A stretch of DNA of 39,853 nt, from NCBI GenBank assembly GCA_025458415.1, contig JALOSN010000001.1:1-39853 (forward strand), written 5' to 3'. Below the pieces are notes generated by a model. It saw nothing but the letters and a program-made list of their open reading frames with translations, was not told the origin of the DNA and did not search any database. Position numbers and translations under genes: made by a program. This document shows positions 29,770-37,393 of the stretch, one piece after another. The stretch comes from Hydrogenophaga sp. GTDB lineage: Bacteria; Pseudomonadota; Gammaproteobacteria; Burkholderiales; Burkholderiaceae_C. The first letter of the stretch is position 1; every line of letters begins with the position of its first letter.

Positions 29770-30812
29770 GGGGTTTCTCCTGTTGGAACGGGCTGGGCGT
29801 GGCCGTTGCGCACGGCGTGAACAGAAACGGTAGCGGTGGCAGGGCCAGCCGACTCCAGCGCACCACCGCAGCTGCTGCCCTGGCCAGCGGTGCAGCCGTA
29901 GCAGTGGTCGGCGATCCGGATCGACTCGCCTTCCGGGTTGGCCTGCAGCAGGTCCCGCAAGTGCGGGCGGTAGGCCTTGCCCAGGCGGGCCGGCAACCCC
30001 AGCATCTGGTTGAAATCGCAGTCGTAGAGATCGCCCTGCCAGTCCACGCTGATCATGGAGCGGCACATCACGGTGTCCAGGTTGTGCGCTTGGTACGACT
30101 GGCGCAGCAGCTGCATGTAGTTGGCAAACGTGCCCTTGGACACCAGGGTGCTGCCGAAGCGCTGCACCGGCATATTGGTCAGCGCAAACAGGTGGTTGAA
30201 GCGGATGCCGAAGTGCTGCAGCAGTTCGCGCTTGTAGTCGGCCTCCAGCGCGCCCTGGGGCGGTGGCAGCGACGGGCCCTGCGGGTTGTAGACGAGGTTC
30301 AACGTGAGCCCGCTGCCCTCGATGCCATAGCCCAGCGCATTGAGTTGCTGAAGGCCGGCGATGCTGAGGTCGAATACTCCGTCGCCACGCTGGCGGTCGA
30401 CGTTGGCCGGGGAGTAACACGGCATGGAGGCCACCACCTGAACGCCTTGCTCGGCCAGAAAAGCGGCCAGGTCGCCCTGGCCTGGCTCGCTGAGGATGGT
30501 CAGGTTGCAGCGGTCAATCACCTCGACGCCAAGGCTCCGGGCCGCCACCACAAGGCGCCTGAAATGGGCGCTGAGTTCTGGCGCGCCGCCAGTGAGGTCC
30601 AGTGTGGTGATACCCCGCGCCTTCAGCACCTCGACCACCAGGTCCACCGTGCCCCCGTCCATCATTTCGGTGCGGTTGGGGCCGGCATTGACGTGGCAAT
30701 GCAGGCAGGACTGGTTGCAGCGGTATCCCAGGTTGACCTGAAGCGTGGTCAGCGGGTGGCGCCGGATGGCGGGAAAGTCGGTTGTGGTGAGCAGCGGCAG
30801 GGTGTCGTGCAT
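29766..30812 (-). CDS. arsS: ArsS-type radical SAM enzyme (arsenosugar/selenodomain family), Cys form
   Basis: LQVNLGYRCNQSCLHCHV.AGP.RTE, DLTGGAPE, IDRCNLT, MCRS.ISVDWQG.LYDCDFNQ, HCYGCTAGQGSSCGGAL. Confidence 0.92.
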   Translation of the reverse strand: MHDTLPLLTTTDFPAIRRHPLTTLQVNLGYRCNQSCLHCHVNAGPNRTEMMDGGTVDLVVEVLKARGITTLDLTGGAPELSAHFRRLVVAARSLGVEVIDRCNLTILSEPGQGDLAAFLAEQGVQVVASMPCYSPANVDRQRGDGVFDLSIAGLQQLNALGYGIEGSGLTLNLVYNPQGPSLPPPQGALEADYKRELLQHFGIRFNHLFALTNMPVQRFGSTLVSKGTFANYMQLLRQSYQAHNLDTVMCRSMISVDWQGDLYDCDFNQMLGLPARLGKAYRPHLRDLLQANPEGESIRIADHCYGCTAGQGSSCGGALESAGPATATVSVHAVRNGHAQPVPTGETP

Positions 30813-30846
30813 AGGGCATTCGGACGGATAGACAAGCGTTAAACCT

Positions 30847-30879
30847 GTCAGTCGTTCGACATGGCCCTTTCGTTACAGC
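30847..30879 (-). promoter_or_regulatory. ECF-type promoter GCTGTAAC-N17-CGACTGAC
   Basis: Upstream of arsS; boxes identical to 20023-20055. Confidence 0.7.
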
Positions 30880-30917
30880 ATTTCAGAAAAAACCTTATCA
30901 GGGGCGGCCACGCCGAC

Positions 30918-31553
30918 CTACCACCTCAACAGCCGAGGTCCAAGCAAGGCGCCCACCAAACCCGTGAGCAGAATGCCGAGCGAATACCAGACCGCGACGA
31001 ACGTGGCCGACACCTCCGGACACACCAGGGCATAACCCATGGCACCCAGTGAACCGGCCATCAATCCGGCGTTGAAGCCGGCAGCGCCCAACCGGGTCGG
31101 CGCCAGACCGCGCAGCGCCCAGAGCGCACCAGCCAGCGCCGGTAGCGACAGCAGCACCACGTTTCTGGGGCAAGTAAGCCAGGTCTCACCAAGCAAGGCG
31201 GATGCGCGCTGCTCTGGCGCGGCTGTGAGCAAGGCGACGGCACCGATGCCAAACATCACCGCGAAGACAGCCAGCAGTGCCCTCACGGGCCACTGCGTGC
31301 GCGCCACCGGGCGCGACAGCCGGGCTGTCAACCACCCAGCCGACAGCGCAAGGCCGGCCCCGTAGATCAGCTTCATCCACGGCGCCGGCGTGGACCACAT
31401 GGCCGCCGGAATGGCCCCTGCGCTCACCAGCGCAAACAATGCGCTGGCGATCAAGCCCAGCGCCATCACCGGGGCCATGCGCTGAAGCACTGGCGCCGGC
31501 TGGGCAGGCCCGGCGCCTTTGGCAAGCATTTCAATCAGTGTCTGTGTCTTCAT
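30918..31553 (-). CDS. nrsF: NrsF/DUF1109 membrane anti-sigma factor
   Basis: MKTQTLIEML start, 6 TM, conserved Cys in TCP and CPE, LAPTR, WYSLGI, LGPRLLRW; coupled to the sigma gene. Confidence 0.9.
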   Translation of the reverse strand: MKTQTLIEMLAKGAGPAQPAPVLQRMAPVMALGLIASALFALVSAGAIPAAMWSTPAPWMKLIYGAGLALSAGWLTARLSRPVARTQWPVRALLAVFAVMFGIGAVALLTAAPEQRASALLGETWLTCPRNVVLLSLPALAGALWALRGLAPTRLGAAGFNAGLMAGSLGAMGYALVCPEVSATFVAVWYSLGILLTGLVGALLGPRLLRW

Positions 31554-32116
31554 GATCCTGTGTCCTTAACCCATTGCGCCAGTCGTTTCAACCCCCTGTG
31601 GACCTGTACCTTGATGGCCGATTCTGAGATTCCGGTGCGTGTCGATGCCTCCGACACCGACAAACCTTCCACCTTCGTCAGAACAATGGCCTGCCTCTGC
31701 GCTTCCGGCAGCGCCTGAAGCAGCCTTTCCAGATCGCGCTGTACACCGTCTTCGACTGGCTCTGCCGCCAGCAAGTTCTCATCCACATCGTCCAGTGCAT
31801 CGTGCAGACTCTCGCGCCGCCCCCTGCGTCTCCACAGATCCACCAGCTTGTGGCGGGCAATCGCCGTGGCCCAGGCATGGACCTGCATGGACGGATCGAA
31901 TGTGCCGCGTTGCAGGTGCAATGCCAGCAGCGTTTCCTGTACCAGGTCCTCGATCTCGTCCGGCATCGACTGCATGCGCCGCCGCAGGAATCCCCGGATG
32001 CGCATCGCGATCTGCTCCAGGGCCTCACGGTACGCTGTTTCATCGCCGTGCTGCGCCCGAAGCCAGATCGGCCTGAGTCTGGCCTCAAAGTCATCGGAAC
32101 CTGTCTTAAGAGGCAT
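31550..32116 (-). CDS. sigF: SigF-like (ECF16) sigma factor
   Basis: GDETAY...EDLVQETLLALH..R.T.D...AW..AIARHKLVD..RR, GLSV.EA...TG.SESA.KV.VHRGLK; paired with NrsF. Confidence 0.88.
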   Translation of the reverse strand: MPLKTGSDDFEARLRPIWLRAQHGDETAYREALEQIAMRIRGFLRRRMQSMPDEIEDLVQETLLALHLQRGTFDPSMQVHAWATAIARHKLVDLWRRRGRRESLHDALDDVDENLLAAEPVEDGVQRDLERLLQALPEAQRQAIVLTKVEGLSVSEASTRTGISESAIKVQVHRGLKRLAQWVKDTGS

Positions 32117-32143
32117 GTCGTTGGCGCGGTTGCTTTGGTTACA
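32117..32143 (-). promoter_or_regulatory. ECF-type promoter TGTAAC-N17-CGAC
   Basis: Immediately upstream of sigF (autoregulatory position). Confidence 0.65.
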
Positions 32144-32209
32144 AGAATCGTCCCAAATGGGGTCAGATGCCGATCAAAGGCATTGAAGACGGTCGGATTC
32201 TGCACTGCC

Positions 32210-32236
32210 TGTAACCAAACGCGCATTGGAATCGTC
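32210..32236 (+). promoter_or_regulatory. ECF-type promoter TGTAAC-N17-CGTC
   Basis: Divergent from sigF, upstream of DUF547. Confidence 0.6.
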
Positions 32237-32348
32237 AGACAGTGCGTCACCTTTCCGTTTCAACTTTTGCCAGAAAGCACCGATGCAGCACTTGCCTGAA
32301 CACACCACCCGCAAGACCTCCCCAGGGCATGCCTCACGGGCAGCAGGC

Positions 32349-33182
32349 ATGCTCCCCGGACGGCGCCACTTCTTGATCTCCGCTGCAGCGTGCATGCCAG
32401 CCCTATGGCACCTGAGCAACGGCCACGCGGCAGCGTTTGACCACACCCATGCCGTCTTCACAGACCTACTAAAACGACACGTGGTGCTGTTACGGGATGG
32501 ACAAGCTTCTCAGGTACGTTATGGCAGCCTCGCAGCAGACCGCAGTACGCTGAAGGCCTATCTGTCTTCACTGTCTGCCGTCACTGAGGCCGCATTCAAT
32601 GCCTTTTCTATGCCGCAGCGGCAGGCGTTCCTCATCAACGCCTACAACGGTTTCACGCTCGAATTGATCCTCACCAAATATCCGGATCTGCGCTCTATCA
32701 AAGACCTGGGGAGCTTTCTCACAAGCCCGTGGAAGCCGAAGTGGATCCCTTTGCTGGGGGCCAAGGTGTCGCTCGACGACATTGAACACAGCATGCTCCG
32801 CAAGCGGGGCGTTTACGACGATCCGCGGGTGCATTTCGCTGTGAATTGCGCCTCCATTGGGTGCCCAATGCTGCGTGAAGAAGCTTTTGTGGCCACGCGA
32901 ATCGACGCACAGCTGGAGGAGCAGACCACCCGATTCATGTCGGACCGCACGCGCAACCGGTTTGACGAATCTGGTGGTCGCCTTCAGCTCTCCCGCATCT
33001 TTGACTGGTATGGAGACGACTTCAAACGGGGCGACCGCGGCATTGTTTCGCTGCAGGCTTTTGCTGCACAGCATGCGGATCTATTGTCGGACTCACCATC
33101 CGGCCGGGATCGAATCCGCAGCGGCCGTTTCGACATATCGTTCCTTGACTATGACTGGTCTTTGAACGATGTCCGTCAGTAA
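32349..33182 (+). CDS. DUF547 domain exported protein
   Basis: Tat-like RRHFL; AFLINAYN, SIKDLG, SLDDIEH..LR, DPRVHFAVNCASIGCP.L, LSRIFDWY..DF, LDYDWSLND; alternative start 32283. Confidence 0.9.
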   Translation: MLPGRRHFLISAAACMPALWHLSNGHAAAFDHTHAVFTDLLKRHVVLLRDGQASQVRYGSLAADRSTLKAYLSSLSAVTEAAFNAFSMPQRQAFLINAYNGFTLELILTKYPDLRSIKDLGSFLTSPWKPKWIPLLGAKVSLDDIEHSMLRKRGVYDDPRVHFAVNCASIGCPMLREEAFVATRIDAQLEEQTTRFMSDRTRNRFDESGGRLQLSRIFDWYGDDFKRGDRGIVSLQAFAAQHADLLSDSPSGRDRIRSGRFDISFLDYDWSLNDVRQ

Positions 33183-33330
33183 GGCAACACCGCGTCGAAC
33201 AAGTGTGCTCTACGTCCGGAAATTGTCTTTACAGCTTCTCCCCGGGCAAAGCTTCTAACTCCATGCACTGCGAAGCCATTCGGCATCATGTGGCCACTTG
33301 CGCAAGCGTTCATTAACAAGGAACCCATCC

Positions 33331-33900
33331 ATGAGTTTTTTCCCCTCGTTGCCGCCAGACGCCGGCGTGCGCCACATCCTCACCCTGAACCCTGAAGCGG
33401 GTCGCGCGCTGATCGCGTTTCACACCGCTGCCCTTAGAAACGCCGGACCGCTGGAGCCCGCCCACAAGGAGCTGATTGCGGCCTACGTGTCCGGGCTGAA
33501 CGCTTGCCAGTACTGCTACGGCGTGCATTCACAGACCGCGCAGGCCTTCGGTCTGGGTGCAGACGTGCTGGAGTCCTTGCTGTCCGACATCGACACGGCC
33601 CTAGTCGAGGAGCGGCTCAAACCCCTGCTGCGCTACGCGCGCAAGCTCACCTTGGAGCCCACCCGCATGACGGAACAGGACGCACAAGCCGTGTTTTCCG
33701 CCGGGTGGAGCGAGGCAGCGCTGCACGACGCCGTGCTCACCGTGTGCCTGTTCAACTTCATGAACCGCCTGCTGGAAGGCCATGGAGTGAAGGGCAACCC
33801 GGGTGTGTTCAGCACGCGGGGACAGGCCCTTCGCGACGAAGGCTATGAACCCCTGCTGGCGTTTCTGGACGCGGCCGGCCAGTCCGGCGCGCAGGCGTGA
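33331..33900 (+). CDS. AhpD/CMD-family peroxidase-related enzyme
   Basis: ELIAAYVSGLNACQYCYGVH, FNFMNRL; AAGGA RBS. Confidence 0.88.
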   Translation: MSFFPSLPPDAGVRHILTLNPEAGRALIAFHTAALRNAGPLEPAHKELIAAYVSGLNACQYCYGVHSQTAQAFGLGADVLESLLSDIDTALVEERLKPLLRYARKLTLEPTRMTEQDAQAVFSAGWSEAALHDAVLTVCLFNFMNRLLEGHGVKGNPGVFSTRGQALRDEGYEPLLAFLDAAGQSGAQA

Positions 33901-34265
33901 AGATGAACGTGGTGTGTCTGTGCGCCGCATGGTGTGGCGCCTGCCGCGAGTACCTGCCTGTGTTCACGACAGTGGCCGAAGCACAGCCCGAATGGCGCAC
34001 ACACTGGGTGGATGTGGAGGACTTCGAAGCCGAGCTGGACGAGGCAGACATCACGACTTTCCCCATGATCCTGATCGCAAACAACGAAGGCACACTGTGT
34101 TTTGCTGGCCCGGTCACGCCCCAGCCCGGCGCGCTGCAGCGCCTGTGCGAGGCGGCAGCCAAAGGTTCGCTACGGCTGAGCGATGCGGAGACCACGACCT
34201 GGTTGCCATTGTGGAAGGCAATAAAACATCGAAACGAAAAGACATTGAATCAGCCTGATCATTGA
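33897..34265 (+). CDS. Thioredoxin family protein
   Basis: VVCLCAAWCGAC, WVDVED, TFP (cis-Pro position); GTGA overlap. Confidence 0.85.
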   Translation: MKMNVVCLCAAWCGACREYLPVFTTVAEAQPEWRTHWVDVEDFEAELDEADITTFPMILIANNEGTLCFAGPVTPQPGALQRLCEAAAKGSLRLSDAETTTWLPLWKAIKHRNEKTLNQPDH

Positions 34266-34284
34266 CCGCAAGTATCATTCAGCC

Positions 34285-35112
34285 ATGGACGCCATGGCCT
34301 CGCTGCTCAACAGCTTCTCCCTGCAAGCCGGTGTGTTCTACACCGGCAATATCTGCGGCGTCCACGACTTTGAACACGACACGCGGCGAGGGCATCTGCA
34401 CCTGATCCGCAGCGGATCGGTGCAGGTCCGCGGCGTAACGCGGCGCCGCTTCACGGTCGATGAGCCCACCTTGATGTTTCTGCCACGCCCCGATCAGCAC
34501 CGGCTGGTGGCCGACGACGGACCTGGCGCTGATGTGGTCTGTGCCACGGTGCAGTTCGGGGAGTCGGGTGCCAATCCGGTCACGGCATCGCTGCCCGATC
34601 TGGTGCAGGTGCCCCTGGTACACATGCCCGGCGTGGACGCCTTGCTGGATCTGATGTTTGAAGAGGCCTTTCACGAACACCCCGGCCGCCAGGGCGTGCT
34701 GGACCGCCTGTGTGAGGTGCTGATGGTCCGCCTGCTGCGCCACTGCATGGCCCATGGCGTCACGCAAGGCGGTGCACTGGCAGGCCTGGCCGATGCCCAA
34801 CTTGGGCGCGTTCTGGCTGGGCTGCACGAACATCCCGAGCGCTCATGGGATTTGCCCACCATGGCGCAACTGGCCGGCATGTCCCGCGCCCGATTTGCGA
34901 CGCGGTTTCGCGAAGTAACGGCCCAGACCCCGGCAGACTACCTCGCCGCATGGCGCGTGATGACGGCGCAACGTCTGCTGGCGCGCGGCGCATCGATCAA
35001 GCAGGTGGCCGACGACGTGGGCTACGGAAGCGCGAGCGCTCTTTCGCGTGCGTTTATGCGCCGGATCGGGCTCACACCGGGGCAATGGATTCGGCAGCAA
35101 GCGCCTGGGTGA
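34285..35112 (+). CDS. AraC family regulator with cupin sensor (RclR-like)
   Basis: N-terminal Cys in NICG and VVCA; C-terminal HTHs (AGMSRARFATRF, VGYGSASALSRAF). Confidence 0.9.
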   Translation: MDAMASLLNSFSLQAGVFYTGNICGVHDFEHDTRRGHLHLIRSGSVQVRGVTRRRFTVDEPTLMFLPRPDQHRLVADDGPGADVVCATVQFGESGANPVTASLPDLVQVPLVHMPGVDALLDLMFEEAFHEHPGRQGVLDRLCEVLMVRLLRHCMAHGVTQGGALAGLADAQLGRVLAGLHEHPERSWDLPTMAQLAGMSRARFATRFREVTAQTPADYLAAWRVMTAQRLLARGASIKQVADDVGYGSASALSRAFMRRIGLTPGQWIRQQAPG

Positions 35113-35260
35113 TTGCCTTGCAGGAAACATCGGGTATGGAAATGGAGACGGCTGGTCATTAGCTGACCATGATGACCGCCTAACATGGGGATGTGTTCAG
35201 CGTACGCCGCAGCAGTCGTCCGTTGAAGCCTTGCAACTACCTCCCAGGAGTATCGTTCTC

Positions 35261-35830
35261 ATGTCAGCCGCCCCATACATCCACCAGCTCAAGTCCATCG
35301 ATCCTGCCAGCGCCGAAGGCGCCCAGAAGGCCATTCTGGACACGGCTCAGAAGCAGGTGGGCTTCATCCCGAACATGTACGCCAACATGGCCAACGCGCC
35401 AGCGGTGCTGAGCACCTACCTGCACGGCTATGCGCTGTTCCGCAGCGAGTCGGGCCTGACCCCCACGGAGCAGGAAGTGGTCTTCCTTGCGGTGAGCCAG
35501 ACCAACGGCTGCACCTACTGCACCGCCGCGCACAGCATGATCGCGGACAAGGTCTCCGGTGTGCCCGCGCCCGTGCTGCAGGCCATCCGCATGCAACAGC
35601 CGATCCCCGACCCCAAGCTGGCGGCTCTGTTCGCCACTACCACCGACACGGTCAAGAGTCTGGGCCAGCCCAGCCCGGCAACCGTCAAGGCCTTTCTGGA
35701 CGCGGGCTACCAGGAACGCGACCTGCTCTACATCGTGTTGGCAATATCGGTAAAGGTGCTCAGCAACTATTCCAACCACGCCTTTGGCACGAAGCTGGAC
35801 GAGCGCTTCGCTGCCTACAAGGTCGACTGA
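35261..35830 (+). CDS. Carboxymuconolactone decarboxylase/AhpD family protein
   Basis: GFIPNMY..MAN.P, EVVFLAVSQTNGCTYC.AAH, SNY.NH; AGGAG RBS. Confidence 0.88.
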   Translation: MSAAPYIHQLKSIDPASAEGAQKAILDTAQKQVGFIPNMYANMANAPAVLSTYLHGYALFRSESGLTPTEQEVVFLAVSQTNGCTYCTAAHSMIADKVSGVPAPVLQAIRMQQPIPDPKLAALFATTTDTVKSLGQPSPATVKAFLDAGYQERDLLYIVLAISVKVLSNYSNHAFGTKLDERFAAYKVD

Positions 35831-35842
35831 TCAGGCACGCTC

Positions 35843-36151
35843 ATGACACCCAGTTTCGTTCCCGAGACGTTTGAACGGGTCATGGGCTGTACGGAAACCG
35901 AGCTGGTTTCATGGCTGCCTCGCGCCCTGCCCGAGGCGGAACTTAGCGTCGATGCCCCAGCGGGCCACAGTGTGGCCACCTGGGCCGGTGGCTCGCTTGA
36001 GTTGCGCTGGAACACTTTGCCGCCCCGGCGCATCGCCTTGCTGGAGATTCCGCAATTGAAGGTGCACTTTGTCTACCGAGACCTGAACGACGAACAACGC
36101 TACCGTTTGCAAAAGTGCTTTGACCTGCAAACCCACCGGGGTGGCGGTTGA
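35843..36151 (+). CDS. Conserved-looking hypothetical protein ending RGGG
   Basis: Fills the operon gap; FER.MGCTE...WLP, LPPRRIALL..P.L, FDL...RGGG. Confidence 0.7.
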   Translation: MTPSFVPETFERVMGCTETELVSWLPRALPEAELSVDAPAGHSVATWAGGSLELRWNTLPPRRIALLEIPQLKVHFVYRDLNDEQRYRLQKCFDLQTHRGGG

Positions 36152-36183
36152 CGATGACATCGTCACTCTCAGGGAGAAATCGG

Positions 36184-36879
36184 ATGAACTATCGGGCACT
36201 CACCTTCGACACCGGCGGCACGGTTCTGGACTGGCACAGCGGCATCGCCAAGGCCTTTGCACTGGTCGGAGAGAAACATGACGTGCAACGCGACTGGCAT
36301 GCGGTGACCAACGATTACAGGCGGGCAGCGATGAAGGCGATCGTGGGCCAGCTCCAGCCCCCGTTCAACATGGACGATGTGCACAGGACAGAACTCGATG
36401 GAGTTCTAGCCCAACACAACCTGGGCATGTTCACCGAACCGGACCGTGCGCAAATCCATCGCGCGTGGCATGGGCTGGATGCCTGGCCAGACTTCGCAGA
36501 CGCCCTGGCGAGACTGAAGCGCAAGTTTCCCGTGGTCTCATTCACGATGTTGCCGCTGGCCATGGTGATCTCGGTGTCCAGGCGCAACGGTTTTGAATGG
36601 GATGCAGTGATCTCTTGCGAGATGATCGGCGCCTACAAGCCCCAACCTCAAGCCTATGAAAGAACCGCCCAGTGGCTGGGCCTGGAGCCCAGTGACATCT
36701 TGATGGTGGCCTGCCACAACTTCGACCTCAACGCTGCACGTGCCTGCGGGTACCACACCGCTTTCGTCCGGCGCCCGCAGGAGTGGGGCCCCGCTGGCCC
36801 GCCCGATCCCCACCCCCATCCGGACTGCACCATGGTGGTCGATGACTTTCAAGAACTGGCGCAACGCCTGGGTTCCTGA
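36184..36879 (+). CDS. Haloacid dehalogenase type II-like HAD hydrolase
   Basis: LTFDTGGTVLDW, AWH.LDAWPD, YKP.P..Y, MVACHNFDL.AA. Confidence 0.88.
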   Translation: MNYRALTFDTGGTVLDWHSGIAKAFALVGEKHDVQRDWHAVTNDYRRAAMKAIVGQLQPPFNMDDVHRTELDGVLAQHNLGMFTEPDRAQIHRAWHGLDAWPDFADALARLKRKFPVVSFTMLPLAMVISVSRRNGFEWDAVISCEMIGAYKPQPQAYERTAQWLGLEPSDILMVACHNFDLNAARACGYHTAFVRRPQEWGPAGPPDPHPHPDCTMVVDDFQELAQRLGS

Positions 36880-36949
36880 TAACACCTGCGGCCAATGAAA
36901 TACTTCGGTTTTCGCGCCCCCAGATTCTCCAGGTCATAGAATTCAGTCC

Positions 36950-37300
36950 ATGCGCCGTGTGCTCGTCCTCTTTCTCTGTCTGCTGATGCCCTTGCAGGGC
37001 TATGCAGCGCTTGACATGGAGACAGCCCCTTGCCCCATGCAAAGCATGATGGACATGGAAAGTGACTCCAACGCCCTTGCGCAAGCAATGGACGACTGCT
37101 GCAACGACCTTGCCACGTTTGAGCGCACCGGAGAAGCCTGCAAGAGCGATCTGGCTTGCGCTGCGCCTGTGGCGTGGTCGGCACCCCTGCAAGCGCTCGC
37201 GTTCCTGGCCCAGGCGCCCCACGCGCTTTCAGCACCAGCCTGGCGCTCCTTGCCGCCAGGCTCGTTCACGCCCCTCTGGCGTCCCCCCGCCTCCATCTGA
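36950..37300 (+). CDS. Cys/Met-rich exported leader-type protein ending in an RPP motif (CzcI/DUF2946-like)
   Basis: Signal peptide, PCPMQSMMDM, DCCND...C....C, C-terminal LWRPPASI; upstream of TolC/CusB. Confidence 0.75.
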   Translation: MRRVLVLFLCLLMPLQGYAALDMETAPCPMQSMMDMESDSNALAQAMDDCCNDLATFERTGEACKSDLACAAPVAWSAPLQALAFLAQAPHALSAPAWRSLPPGSFTPLWRPPASI

Positions 37301-37393
37301 TTTCCCGCACAGCGCAGGCCACCCACCGGTGGCGCTGCTGTCGCACGCTGTCAGGGTCACTGCGCCCGCGCGTGCTTGCTTCGGAACTCAGCC

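Noticed and set aside
29850-29910. ArsS or SelD as selenoproteins
   Set aside because: Both carry Cys codons at the positions where homologues can have Sec (GSSCGG; CGGCGAK)
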